A stretch of 64,000 nucleotides of DNA from an uncultured Acidimicrobiales bacterium (GCA_943788915.1 CALSSD010000008.1:310001-374000), one strand, 5' to 3'. Counted from the first letter of the stretch, positions 9,818 through 19,302 are shown. Notes: generated by a model from the letters alone, not told the origin. Program-made: numbers and translations.

Positions 9818-10882
9818 TTAGGCAGCCTGCGATACGACCCGTGTGAGCCATAACTCAGGATCACGGATCTCTTCGATCGTGGGCAGAGACTCGGCACTGG
9901 CCCATGCCTGATCGATGGTGCGCTTGCCGCCACCATGTTCTTCAATGTGGGCAATGAACGCTTCGCCCGCTGCGTACTGGTTGAGTTTTGCTTCGAGGCC
10001 AACGAGCCTCTGCACGATTCGGGTCAGACCCTTGGCCGACTCGCGGCGGGCGCGGAGCGTCTCGGCAAAGTATTCGGCGTCGGTCACAATGCCGAGGCCA
10101 GCGCGATCCATGGTGACATCACCATGACCTTCGAGCAGGCTCATCATGCCAGCGATCTTGTCGAGCACAATCTTTTGCTCAGGGCCGGCAATAAGCGCTG
10201 GTAGGCCGCCACTGGCCATTGGGTCAGTGCCGTTGCGTTTCGCTTCGAACAACTCTTTGGCAGCGTCGAGAAGTCGACCAGCATCAGGGTCGACATTGTC
10301 GAGCGTGTCATTCACCAATGAAACGAAATAGTCGCGGAGCCACGGAACACCCGTGAACTGGGCCCGGTGCGTGGTCTCGTGCAGTGCTAGCCACAACCGG
10401 AACTGTTCCGGGTTGAAGCCGTTGCGCCGTTCGAGCGCGAGCACGTTTGGTCCCACGTAATAGACCATGTCTTGGTCTTCGGGGTTGTCGTCTTCGGTGA
10501 GCAAAAGGTCGTATTGGCCAAGCACTCGAGACGACATCCACCCAAGGACACTGCCTACCTGGGCACCAGAGAACCGGCGAGCAGCTGTGCCCATGGGGCC
10601 GTCGCCCACGTCGTCGAGTTTGTCGACGACTGGACGCAGAAGACGTTGGAACGACGCGATGTTGGCCCGAATCCAGTCAGGACGGCTCACAAGTCGCGAC
10701 CTGGCATCACCTTGGAGTGACCACAATCCGGTCTCTTGGCCAACGAGCTTCTCGGCCCGGGGCGTCATGTGGTCGAAGTCTTCGCTCATCTTCGCGAGCG
10801 CGTACTCGTCGACGACCTCGCCTCGGGTCGCGATCTTGATGGCGACTCGTTCAGCGAGCTCCCAGTCGACTGCCGATGACAC
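9818..10882 (-). CDS. Zinc-dependent metalloprotease (DUF2342 zincin-like)
   Basis: VLGQYD, LHETTHRAQF, MSLLEGHGD; usual position upstream of tilS. Confidence 0.88.
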   Translation of the reverse strand: MSSAVDWELAERVAIKIATRGEVVDEYALAKMSEDFDHMTPRAEKLVGQETGLWSLQGDARSRLVSRPDWIRANIASFQRLLRPVVDKLDDVGDGPMGTAARRFSGAQVGSVLGWMSSRVLGQYDLLLTEDDNPEDQDMVYYVGPNVLALERRNGFNPEQFRLWLALHETTHRAQFTGVPWLRDYFVSLVNDTLDNVDPDAGRLLDAAKELFEAKRNGTDPMASGGLPALIAGPEQKIVLDKIAGMMSLLEGHGDVTMDRAGLGIVTDAEYFAETLRARRESAKGLTRIVQRLVGLEAKLNQYAAGEAFIAHIEEHGGGKRTIDQAWASAESLPTIEEIRDPELWLTRVVSQAA

Positions 10883-10884
10883 GG

Positions 10885-11028
10885 TTAGTCGCGTCGCGGT
10901 TCGCGGTGCGGGTATCGATCCTTGGTTACCAGCGATAGGTACCCACCTACCGATGCGATGATGAACAGCACGGTGCTACCAACCAAAATAGGTGCCAGCC
11001 ACCAGTGCCAAACAAATGCTGCGATCAT
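10885..11028 (-). CDS. Small single-TM protein, 47 aa (not in ORF track)
   Basis: MIAAFVWHWWLAPILVGSTVLFIIASVGGYLSLVTKDRYPHREPRRD*; ATGA overlap with the upstream gene; stop 2 nt before the next start. Confidence 0.75.
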   Translation of the reverse strand: MIAAFVWHWWLAPILVGSTVLFIIASVGGYLSLVTKDRYPHREPRRD

Positions 11029-11900
11029 GCTGATGATCCTAGACGGTTGTCGCCCTGTGCCCCACTCGGGTCCTTCAACGCCACGCTGATCTCTTCATAG
11101 TCGACGGTCCACAAACGTGATCGCTCGCCGTAACTCTTCCAACCGAGCAGACGTTGTGCACGCTCCGACATTGCGCTCGCCGCCGACCAGGGTGTGGCCA
11201 ACGGAAGCGCTTCCTCTGGCGTCAACCAGCCGAGTACGAAGGACACATGCAGGCCTAGTCGCCAGTCGGAGGTGGTTGTGTTGGCCCCACCGTTGTGGAT
11301 GACGCGGCCGGAATAGATCAGACCATCGCCTGCGTTCATCTCGGCAATGGCGACCTGATCTGCGGTAGGGGCTTGTGTGTAGTCGTCCCACAGATGGCTG
11401 CCAGGTACCACTCGGGTTGCCCCATTCGCGGCCGTGAAATCGCCGAGTGCATACATGCACGAGATGGTTACCTCGGGACTGGTAGGTGTGCACAGCATCA
11501 TCCAGTTGCCCGCGTCACGGTGCCACATCTGCTCGCTCTCGCCAGGCCCGATGATCATCATCTGGCCGGTGTTCAGCCAGTAGTCGTCGCACGAGGGCAG
11601 GAGGACCTCATCGGCCATACCGATGAGCATGGGTGCTAGCAAGATGTCCTCGAAGGTTCGACTGCGCCATCCCAGGCGGGTAAACCGCTTGGTCGACCCT
11701 CCCCAGAACTCGACGGTGCGTTCGTTACCTGTCGTTGCGCCCGTTGGGTGGTCTCTGGCCGCGACTTCGATGTCACTTTTGAACTGGTTCACCGTGTCTT
11801 GTCGCAGAAGATCACGGACAATAACTCCGCCATCTCTTGCCACGACCTCGAGAACCTCTTCGCGAGATGCATTCGCGGGCAACACGATCAGTTCAGCCAT
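11025..11900 (-). CDS. Phytanoyl-CoA dioxygenase family Fe(II)/2OG dioxygenase
   Basis: QMWHRD, FTAANGATRVVPGSH, IHNGGAN. Confidence 0.9.
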   Translation of the reverse strand: MAELIVLPANASREEVLEVVARDGGVIVRDLLRQDTVNQFKSDIEVAARDHPTGATTGNERTVEFWGGSTKRFTRLGWRSRTFEDILLAPMLIGMADEVLLPSCDDYWLNTGQMMIIGPGESEQMWHRDAGNWMMLCTPTSPEVTISCMYALGDFTAANGATRVVPGSHLWDDYTQAPTADQVAIAEMNAGDGLIYSGRVIHNGGANTTTSDWRLGLHVSFVLGWLTPEEALPLATPWSAASAMSERAQRLLGWKSYGERSRLWTVDYEEISVALKDPSGAQGDNRLGSSA

Positions 11901-11934
11901 GACCGGATCCTAGTGATGCGCCTTGGTGCCGTCT

Positions 11935-11978
11935 TCTTTGAACCGGGGCTCTTTGAAAGGTCCTCTTTGAACCGGTCC
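11935..11978. repeat. Three tandem 14-15 bp direct repeats (TCTTTGAA core)
   Basis: TCTTTGAACCGGGGC / TCTTTGAAAGGTCC / TCTTTGAACCGGTCC. Confidence 0.7.
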
Positions 11979-12144
11979 GGGTGCAGTCCGGCACACGTCC
12001 GTTTCGGCTGCCTCCCGCGTCGGCACTGAGGCGCCTTGCTTCGGAGGCCGAACCGGCCAGCACCTACCTGCACCCTCCCCTACCTATCCCTCACAGGATG
12101 AGTAGGTCTATGGAGCGCTCGCAGGACTCGCTTGACATCCTGTG
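11979..12144. ncRNA. Candidate structured RNA: two long hairpins with a C-rich linker
   Basis: GGGTGCAG(11979-86)/CTGCACCC(12068-75); linker TCCCCTACCTATCCCT; CACAGGATG(12092-100)/CATCCTGTG(12136-44). Confidence 0.4.
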
Positions 12145-12250
12145 GCACTGCGGCAGAAAACCTGTCCGTTGTCTGCACGTTTGCTCGCACCAAAAACCGG
12201 ACTACGAGACACAACCAAACTGGCCGAGACCGTAGAGGCTGTAACGCGGA

Positions 12251-12559
12251 CTACGAGAAGTCGGTGATGTCTAGTTTGGAGAGGTCGATTGAGCCGAGGT
12301 CGATCGAGGCCAGTGTCTCGGTGATGCGCATGCGAAAGTCAGCAGTGGGCAGCTCAGAAATCGACGGAGCCATGGTTGTCTTGAGTTTGACTTCCATGTC
12401 GAAGGCTTGCAGGCACGGAGGGCAGTCGATGAGCTGACTTCGCAGGTTGCCCATCTCGAGTGGCGTGGCGACAGGATTGCGCACCCCTTCGATGCAGTTC
12501 ATTGCCTTGTCGCATTGCAGTGGTTGGCAGTCACCAGTGTTCATAGTGCCAAAGTTCAT
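12251..12559 (-). CDS. Anti-sigma factor, RshA/RsrA-like with atypical ZAS motif
   Basis: Follows the ECF sigma; QLIDCPPC; AAGGA SD before ATG 12559. Confidence 0.8.
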   Translation of the reverse strand: MNFGTMNTGDCQPLQCDKAMNCIEGVRNPVATPLEMGNLRSQLIDCPPCLQAFDMEVKLKTTMAPSISELPTADFRMRITETLASIDLGSIDLSKLDITDFS

Positions 12560-12599
12560 GTCGGGTCCTTTGGGGGTAACGCAGGGTTGGACGGGTTCA

Positions 12600-13214
12600 T
12601 TAGGTGGCCTCGACGGGAGTCGCTTCGGAGACCTGAGCAAGTTCTGCTGGATCCACGTCTACGAAGCCGCGTTCTCGGCCGAACTCATACAACTGCTCTT
12701 GCAGCTTCTTTCTTCCACGATGGAGCCGACTCATGACGGTTCCGATCGGAATATCGAGGATTTCAGCTATTTCTTTGTACGCAAAACCTTCGACATCGGC
12801 CAACATCACCGCGGTGCGGTACTGCTCGGGGAGTTCATCGAGCGCATCGGTGATTGTGCTATCGGTGATCTGATCGAAGAGTTGGTCTTCGGCACTTCGG
12901 CCAATTTGGGCCAATTCGTTGCCACCAAGACGCCGGTACAGGTACAGGTCCTGTACGTCTGCCAGGTCGCTTTGTTGAGGCCGTCGTTGCTTCTTGCGAT
13001 ACGTGTTGATGTAGCTGTTCGTCAGGATTCGGAACAACCACGCGCGCAGGTTGGTGCCTGCTTCAAATCGTTCATAGGCCCGATACCCCTTGAGGAACGT
13101 CTCCTGCACCAGGTCTTCGGCATCAGCCCGGTTCCTGGTCATACGCATGGCCGTTGCGAACAACTGGTTCATGAACGGCATTGCGTCGTCTGCAAATGTT
13201 TCTGGATTCGCCAC
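12600..13214 (-). CDS. sigH: ECF sigma factor, SigH/SigR-like
   Basis: RMTRNRADAEDLVQET, GTNLRAWLFRILTN, LADVEGFAYKEIAEI, IGTVMSRLHRGR. Confidence 0.9.
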   Translation of the reverse strand: MANPETFADDAMPFMNQLFATAMRMTRNRADAEDLVQETFLKGYRAYERFEAGTNLRAWLFRILTNSYINTYRKKQRRPQQSDLADVQDLYLYRRLGGNELAQIGRSAEDQLFDQITDSTITDALDELPEQYRTAVMLADVEGFAYKEIAEILDIPIGTVMSRLHRGRKKLQEQLYEFGRERGFVDVDPAELAQVSEATPVEAT

Positions 13215-13291
13215 TGTGGATCAGGCTACCTGCATTGCCGGGCGGCGGTTTCGACGCATCGCTGAGCATGCGGTGTGGTGTTACACCCCAG

Positions 13292-13324
13292 CGAAAAGTT
13301 ACGTCCCCAGGGGACGTAACTTCT
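13292..13324. repeat. Palindromic element, GTCCCCWGGGGAC family, copy 1
   Basis: Perfect 13-bp arms AAGTTACGTCCCC-A-GGGGACGTAACTT; 33 bp identical to 47123-47155 in reverse orientation. Confidence 0.85.
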
Positions 13325-13533
13325 GCCGCTCTCATCCCTGCCAGCATTGGGGCATTCGAGGATGTAGACCTGTTGGTTGGAGAGGCCATCACTGCCTACA
13401 TTTTCGGTGGACCCGTGCACAGCCTGTTGCGCCGCCCGCACCGACGCACGGACGTCATTTTGATGACACTACTCATCGGCAGTCGTATCGGCCGGAGCTG
13501 ATCAGAACTGATCGAGTGGCACTCCGGGATCAG

Positions 13534-13752
13534 CTAGTCCCGGGGCGTTCGGGTGGCGCGGCCGTTCCAGCAGCCTCGGTGCCAATGTCGACGAAGGTCG
13601 ACCGCTTCTCTCGGGATGGCGACGATGTGGCCGACGCCCCGTTCGATGTCACGGTTGCACCCGGGGCACAGGTAGAGCTTGACCGCCTCGTACGGTTGCA
13701 CGAAACGGGTCTCGGCGTCTGCCCAAAAGTCGACGGGGATGCGTTTGGCCAT
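13534..13752 (-). CDS. Small Cys/His-containing hypothetical protein
   Basis: VQPYEAVKLYLCPGCNRDI..GVGHIV...RRHWHRGCW; likely zinc-binding. Confidence 0.75.
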   Translation of the reverse strand: MAKRIPVDFWADAETRFVQPYEAVKLYLCPGCNRDIERGVGHIVAIPREAVDLRRHWHRGCWNGRATRTPRD

Positions 13753-13817
13753 ACCGACACAGTGTGCCCAGTAGCGGTTCGTCCTGCATCGTTGACGAGT
13801 ACCGGTTCTCGCATGGT

Positions 13818-14615
13818 CTAGTCGAAGTTGGGTTCGCGCTTCTCTCGTAGTGCCGCGACACCTTCGGCGGCGTCGGGGCTCATGAAACCCAACATCTCGT
13901 AGGCCAGGCTGGCATCGAAAGCCGGTGTGGCCTGGTTCATCCACAGGTTGAGTGCCCGTTTGGTCAACCGGGTCGCCTGCTGTGAACCAGTCGCCAGCTT
14001 GTCGGCAACCTTCTGGGCCTCGGCTAGCAATTCGTCGCCTGGCACGGCCTTGCTGACCAAACCAATACGATCGGCCTCGACCCCGTTGATGAAGTCGGCG
14101 GTCAGCAAGTAGTACTTGGCCTTGGCCAGACCACACAACAACGGCCAACAGACCACGGCATGATCGCCAGCGGCCACACCCATACGCACGTGACCATCAG
14201 TGATCTTGGCTTCCTCGGCCATGATCGAAATGTCCGCCATCAACGCAATCGCGAGACCAGCACCAACAGCTACGCCGTTGATCGCGGAGATGATGACCTT
14301 GCTGCACTGGAGCATGTTGTAGACAACGTCGCCAGCTTCGCGCATGACACGTTGTAGCTCCCGTGAGTCGCCAACGAACGAGCTGATCCAATCGAGATCA
14401 CCACCCGCCGAGAACGCCTTACCCTCGCCAGTGATAACAACCACACGGGTTTCATCATCGTCGTCGATGTCACGCCAGATCCGACTCAAACCAAGATGCA
14501 ACTCAGCATCGGTCGAGTTATACGACTCGGGCCTATTGATGGTGATCCAAAGAACACCATTATCGCGACGCTCAAACTTCAGCCCCGAATACGAATCAAA
14601 CCAGTCATCAGCCAT
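13818..14615 (-). CDS. Enoyl-CoA hydratase/isomerase family protein
   Basis: AFSAGGDL, SAINGVAVGAG, DGHVRMGVAAGDH. Confidence 0.92.
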   Translation of the reverse strand: MADDWFDSYSGLKFERRDNGVLWITINRPESYNSTDAELHLGLSRIWRDIDDDDETRVVVITGEGKAFSAGGDLDWISSFVGDSRELQRVMREAGDVVYNMLQCSKVIISAINGVAVGAGLAIALMADISIMAEEAKITDGHVRMGVAAGDHAVVCWPLLCGLAKAKYYLLTADFINGVEADRIGLVSKAVPGDELLAEAQKVADKLATGSQQATRLTKRALNLWMNQATPAFDASLAYEMLGFMSPDAAEGVAALREKREPNFD

Positions 14616-14647
14616 CCGCAGAATCTAAGCGATGCACGGCAACCAAT

Positions 14648-14682
14648 GAAAAGTTACGTCCCCAGGGGAACATAACAATTCG
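14648..14682. repeat. Palindromic element, GTCCCCWGGGGAC family, degenerate copy 2
   Basis: GAAAAGTTACGTCCCCAGGGGAACATAACAATTCG. Confidence 0.75.
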
Positions 14683-14740
14683 AAACGACTACCACCATGT
14701 CCGACAAACGTCGGCCTGAGCGGAGCGGTGCAACGCCGAA

Positions 14741-16153
14741 TTACCGCGACCGGTAGACAGCGTTGGCGCCGAGGGCTTCCTTGTTCAAGCGCTTGGACAG
14801 GTGCAGGCCTTCGAGGATGAACTCGACGCCGCTGGCAACAAGTGCCGGGTCGCTGAGGTCGTCGGGTGCGTAACCAAGTGCAGTGAGTGCTGCGCCGAGC
14901 GCAGGCATTGCTTCGACCATGGCGAGATAGTCGGTGTCGGCGATGTCGTCGCCGGTGTGCACGACGGCGCCGGTCTCTTCGAATGCATCAAGCACGGCGC
15001 TGACTTCGGTGTGATCGAATGCCTCTTTGAAGACCACAATCGTGGCCGCCGACAAGAGATGTTCGATGATCTCGGCGTCGCGGCCATCGTCCATGGATTC
15101 GACTTCGATCTTGCCCATGGTCGATGGTGTGAGCGACGGTAGGTCGGCGATTCGGGGAACAGCTTTGGAGCCACCATGGCGCAACGTGCGGCGAACCGCA
15201 CTGGCCACGAGCGTCTCGTAGTTGGCGATACTCAAACGAACCGACACACCGGAACGCTGATTGATGTGTGGGTTCTCGCGAGCGAGATGGCTCATGGTGA
15301 CCACGAGCTCGGCCATGAAGTCGGGCACGCTGACCTCGATGCCTTCACCCTCGAAGACCACGGCCTCTTGTTCGACGATGTCGATCTCGGTATCGATCTC
15401 GATCGGATAGTGGGTCCGGATCTGGGTGCCGAAACGGTCCTTGAGTGGCGTGATGATGCGGCCCCGGTTGGTGTAGTCCTCGGGGTTAGCGGACGCGAAC
15501 AACATGATGTCGAGTGGCAGCTGGATGCGATAACCACGGATCTGCACGTCTCGTTCTTCGAGCACGTTCAGCAGACCAACCTGGATACGTTCAGCAAGAT
15601 CCGGCAGCTCGTTGATCGCAAACAGCCCACGGTTCGAGCGAGGCACCATGCCGTAATGCAGCGTGAGTTCATCGCTGAGATACCGACCCTCGGCGACCTT
15701 GATTGGGTCGACTTCGCCAATGAGGTCAGCGATCGAGGTGTCGGGCGTCGCCAGCTTCTCGGCGAAACGGCTGCTGCGATGCACCCAGCTGATCTTGGTG
15801 TCGTCGCCGTCGGCTTCGACGATGTCCTTTGCGTACCGCGAAACCGGGTTCAGCGGATCATCATTGATCTCACTGCCAGCGATGATCGGCATCCATTCAT
15901 CGAGCAAGCCGATACAGGACCGAATCATGCGAGTCTTGGCTTGACCACGTTCGCCCAAGAACACGACATCGTGGCCCGCGAGCAGCGCATTTTCGAGCTG
16001 GGGCGCGACGGTATTCTCGTAGCCGAGCACACCTTCGAAGAGCGGTTCCCCGTTTCGAATCCGCGTAATCGCATTACGACGGATTTCTTCCTTCACAGGT
16101 ACCGAGGTCCAGCCCGATGCCTTGAGTTGTCCGAGATTCTCAGCAAGATCCAT
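14741..16153 (-). CDS. Magnesium chelatase-like AAA+ ATPase
   Basis: GERGQAKT, INELPDL, ASANPEDYTNRGRIITPLKDRFG; start taken at ATG 16153. Confidence 0.88.
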   Translation of the reverse strand: MDLAENLGQLKASGWTSVPVKEEIRRNAITRIRNGEPLFEGVLGYENTVAPQLENALLAGHDVVFLGERGQAKTRMIRSCIGLLDEWMPIIAGSEINDDPLNPVSRYAKDIVEADGDDTKISWVHRSSRFAEKLATPDTSIADLIGEVDPIKVAEGRYLSDELTLHYGMVPRSNRGLFAINELPDLAERIQVGLLNVLEERDVQIRGYRIQLPLDIMLFASANPEDYTNRGRIITPLKDRFGTQIRTHYPIEIDTEIDIVEQEAVVFEGEGIEVSVPDFMAELVVTMSHLARENPHINQRSGVSVRLSIANYETLVASAVRRTLRHGGSKAVPRIADLPSLTPSTMGKIEVESMDDGRDAEIIEHLLSAATIVVFKEAFDHTEVSAVLDAFEETGAVVHTGDDIADTDYLAMVEAMPALGAALTALGYAPDDLSDPALVASGVEFILEGLHLSKRLNKEALGANAVYRSR

Positions 16154-16309
16154 TGTGAGCCAAGTTAGGCGACCGGTGCCCAACATGCGAAGCGGACGGC
16201 ACACCTTGTTGGCTGTGATCTCAAGAACCCGCGCCCATTCTCGATGCGAGCGCTCTGCCCGATCGACAGCTCGTCTGCGCTTCGGTGGTGAAACGAATAC
16301 GCTCGGGGC

Positions 16310-18460
16310 GTGGTGTCCACTGTCCTTCCAGGTCCTTGGCGGGCCCATGCAACCGACGATGCGTTGCGCCGCAACTTCATCGAACACGACTTCGACGACG
16401 ATGCCTGGCTCGACGTCACGGTCCCCGGCCATTGGGCCGAGCAGCCGAAGCTCGCATCGCGCCGATCGGTTTTGTACCGCACAACCTTCTCGCTGCCCAA
16501 CGATCCCTCCACCGACGATGGTCGCCATTGGCTTGTCTTCGACGGCATTTGGCAGAGCGCCGACGTGTGGCTCGATGGCGCCTATCTCGGTCCGACCGAT
16601 GGCTGGTTCATACCCAACGAATTCGACATCACCGATCAGATCCATACAAGTGAAACCGGTGACCACGTGCTCGCCGTCGAGGTGATGTCACAACAACCAA
16701 ACGCCGACGAACCAACCCGCAATCTGAACGGCATCTTCGACGATCCCGACATCGTCGGCCACCAGAACCGTGGCGGTATCTGGCAACCAGTGCGCATCGT
16801 GTCGACTGGTCCCGTGCGCATGATCAAGAACCGGCTGGTCTGCACCGAAGCGTCGACAACGGCGGCCAAGGTCCATCTGCGGAGCCATCTCGTGAGTGAC
16901 GAATCCCGCTCCGTCACCATCACCACCACGCTGCGCCCGCCAGGTGGCGCTCCGCCAGTGGTGTCTTCTCGCCAACACGACCTGGCCAGCGGCGCAACCG
17001 TGCTCGAATGGGATCTCGCCATCACTGACCCTCAGCTGTGGTGGCCGTGGCAACTGGGCGACCAACCGCTGTATCGGGTGACCGTCAGCGTCGAGGTCAA
17101 CGGTTCGATCAGTGGCATCTGGGAACGCACCGTTGGGCTGCGCCAGATCCGGATGAAGAACTACGTGCTGTGGGTTAATGGCGAACGATTGTTTGCCAAA
17201 GGCGTCGACATGTGGCCGACCACCACACTTCCCGCCGACGCGACCCCCGAACAGATCTCTGGTGATGTCGCCCGAGCAAAGGACCTGGGCCTGAACCTGC
17301 TGCGGGTCGAAAGCCATGTCGCGCGCCCCGAGCTGTACGACGCCGCGGACCGGGCCGGCATGCTCATCTGGCAAGACATGCCGATGCGGGGCGAAGTCAA
17401 ACGCAGCATCCAATCCAACGCGGTGAACGCGGCCCACCGACTCGTGGACAAGCTCGGTGCACACCCATCGATTGTGGTGTGGTGCGCGCACTATGACCCG
17501 ACAGGCACGAGCACAGGACGCCATCCACTCACCGCTATTCCGAGCCGACGCTCGGTGTTCAGTGTCGCAAAACAACAGACACCCACTTGGACCAAATCGG
17601 TGCTTGATCGTTTGGTCGGCCGAGCCTTCAACCGAGCCGATGGAAGTCGGCCGGTCGTCCAAGGTTCCGGATCCTGGCCGAGTGCGCCCCAGTTCGATGG
17701 CACCGATACTCACCTGCGGTTTGGCTGGCACTCAGGCACGGGCCGAGATCTCGAATCGTTCGCTCGTCGGATTCCCCGGATGGTTCGATGGGTTTCATCA
17801 TTCGGCGCCCAGTCCATCCCCCATCACGACCAGGTCAAGGTGACTGACTGGCCGGCTGACCTGGGACTCCTCGCCGAACGTTACGGGCTCAACGAGACAG
17901 GCTTTCGTCAGTATCTCCCGACCTCCGATGCAGACACGATCGGTGATTGGATCGAAGCGTCCCAGGCCTATCAGTCCACCCTGTTACGCCGTCAGATCGA
18001 GACGTTGCGCCGGCTGAAGTACAAACCGACCGGCGGTTTCACGTTCAGCGCCCTCGCCGACTGTCGACCGGCTATCTCGTTCGCGATCTTCGACCATGAC
18101 CGTCAACCAAAACATGCGGTGGCCGGGGTGAAGGCTGCGTGTCAACCAGTCATCGTGGTAGCTGACCGCATGCCTATCGAAGTACACCCTGGTGATGCCG
18201 TTCTCCTTGACGTACACGTGGTGAGCGACGAACGCGAACCGTTGCATGATCTCGATGTGTCGGCCCACTTGGTGTGGCCCGGCGGCGAACACACCTGGGC
18301 ATGGCGAGGCCAGGCCGGAGCCGACAGCGTGTCCCGCATTGGCTCCATCAACTGGGTTGTGCCAACCGTCAGCGGTCCAGTAGAACTCCACCTCCGGCTG
18401 CGTCACAACGGCAACGAGATTGCGTCAAACAGCTATCGAGGCGATATTCGCGGTGGTTAG
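16310..18460 (+). CDS. GH2 beta-mannosidase-like protein with substituted catalytic residues
   Basis: LVFDGIWQSADVWLDG, GGIWQPV, LWWPW..GDQPLY, GLRQI, VNGERLFAKG, LYDAADRAGMLIWQD; WCAHYD and VSSFG at the catalytic positions. Confidence 0.88.
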   Translation: MVSTVLPGPWRAHATDDALRRNFIEHDFDDDAWLDVTVPGHWAEQPKLASRRSVLYRTTFSLPNDPSTDDGRHWLVFDGIWQSADVWLDGAYLGPTDGWFIPNEFDITDQIHTSETGDHVLAVEVMSQQPNADEPTRNLNGIFDDPDIVGHQNRGGIWQPVRIVSTGPVRMIKNRLVCTEASTTAAKVHLRSHLVSDESRSVTITTTLRPPGGAPPVVSSRQHDLASGATVLEWDLAITDPQLWWPWQLGDQPLYRVTVSVEVNGSISGIWERTVGLRQIRMKNYVLWVNGERLFAKGVDMWPTTTLPADATPEQISGDVARAKDLGLNLLRVESHVARPELYDAADRAGMLIWQDMPMRGEVKRSIQSNAVNAAHRLVDKLGAHPSIVVWCAHYDPTGTSTGRHPLTAIPSRRSVFSVAKQQTPTWTKSVLDRLVGRAFNRADGSRPVVQGSGSWPSAPQFDGTDTHLRFGWHSGTGRDLESFARRIPRMVRWVSSFGAQSIPHHDQVKVTDWPADLGLLAERYGLNETGFRQYLPTSDADTIGDWIEASQAYQSTLLRRQIETLRRLKYKPTGGFTFSALADCRPAISFAIFDHDRQPKHAVAGVKAACQPVIVVADRMPIEVHPGDAVLLDVHVVSDEREPLHDLDVSAHLVWPGGEHTWAWRGQAGADSVSRIGSINWVVPTVSGPVELHLRLRHNGNEIASNSYRGDIRGG

Positions 18461-18565
18461 GACCTGGCCACTATTCTCGCTCCGCCGCCTTTCACCTGGT
18501 TGCTATTGAACGCGGCCTATGTCGTCTCTACCGCATCTGCATTGTTCAGGGACATCTTGTACGGC
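18461..18565 (+). pseudogene. Possible membrane-protein fragment (Popeye-like N-terminus)
   Basis: WLLLNAAYVVSTASALFRDILY resembles the ..RDILWLR segment; weak. Confidence 0.25.
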
Positions 18566-18725
18566 TGCGAAGTTGGAACAAGCAAGCACCACAGGAACGC
18601 TACGAAAAGCACCCCGAGATTCACGTGGTGCTCTTACGTGCTTTGGGAGTCGAAGCGGCTCTCAAGATCACCTGACCAACTGACCACCGCAGACGAGCGT
18701 TGGCTTGCTGATCCAGAATGTGCGA

Positions 18726-19292
18726 TCAGCCGGTCAGTAGGTCGTGATGCTGCTTGTTGTCACGAAGGTGGCTGGCTGCAAACGAGCACCGTGGTGTGAT
18801 GGTCCGGCCGTCGGTGCGAATGATGGACAGCAGGCCTTCCATGAGTTGCGCTGCATACCCATTGCCACGATGCTGCGGATCTGTCTCGACATGGGGCACC
18901 GTGATCGACCCATCATGGGAGCTGTAGGTCGCGAAGCTCACGACATCACCGTTATGCAACAATTCGAATCGACCAAGATGCACGTTCTCAATGACGGCAG
19001 GGCCATCATCGTCAACCAATGCCGCCTCGCCCTGCACATGGATGCCTGCGTCGGCGAGTAGCGCTACATGAGCCGAGAGTTCATCGTTCGACGGTTCAAC
19101 CAGATGGCTGTCGTCGGGGAACACGATGACGGGAATCTTCTGTACACCATTGTTTCGCTCGAGCACCCGCTCGGTTTCGTCGGGTTTATCCACGAGGTCC
19201 ACATACACATAGGCAATGCCGCGGTCGTCCAACCAGGCCTTGGCCCGTAGGCAGTCACCACACCAATCGGCGCCGTACATCGTGATCGTCAT
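18726..19292 (-). CDS. Glutaredoxin/mycoredoxin-like domain fused to GNAT (YjdJ-like) acetyltransferase
   Basis: MYGADWCGDC, IPVIVFPD..LVEPS; C-terminal HVETDPQHRGNGYAAQL, PRCSFA. Confidence 0.85.
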   Translation of the reverse strand: MTITMYGADWCGDCLRAKAWLDDRGIAYVYVDLVDKPDETERVLERNNGVQKIPVIVFPDDSHLVEPSNDELSAHVALLADAGIHVQGEAALVDDDGPAVIENVHLGRFELLHNGDVVSFATYSSHDGSITVPHVETDPQHRGNGYAAQLMEGLLSIIRTDGRTITPRCSFAASHLRDNKQHHDLLTG

Positions 19293-19302
19293 GTCACCTT
19301 TA

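Noticed and set aside
11979..12075. SRP (4.5S) RNA
   Set aside because: Similar size, but the GNRA tetraloop and CAGG/AGCA internal loop are not seen on either strand
13292..14682. Palindromic repeats as a CRISPR array or transposon ends
   Set aside because: Copies are 1.3 kb and 32 kb apart, with no regular spacers, cas genes or transposase
16154..16666. N-terminal extension of the 641-aa ATPase ORF
   Set aside because: Overlaps the divergent GH2 gene; recognisable sequence begins at ATG 16153
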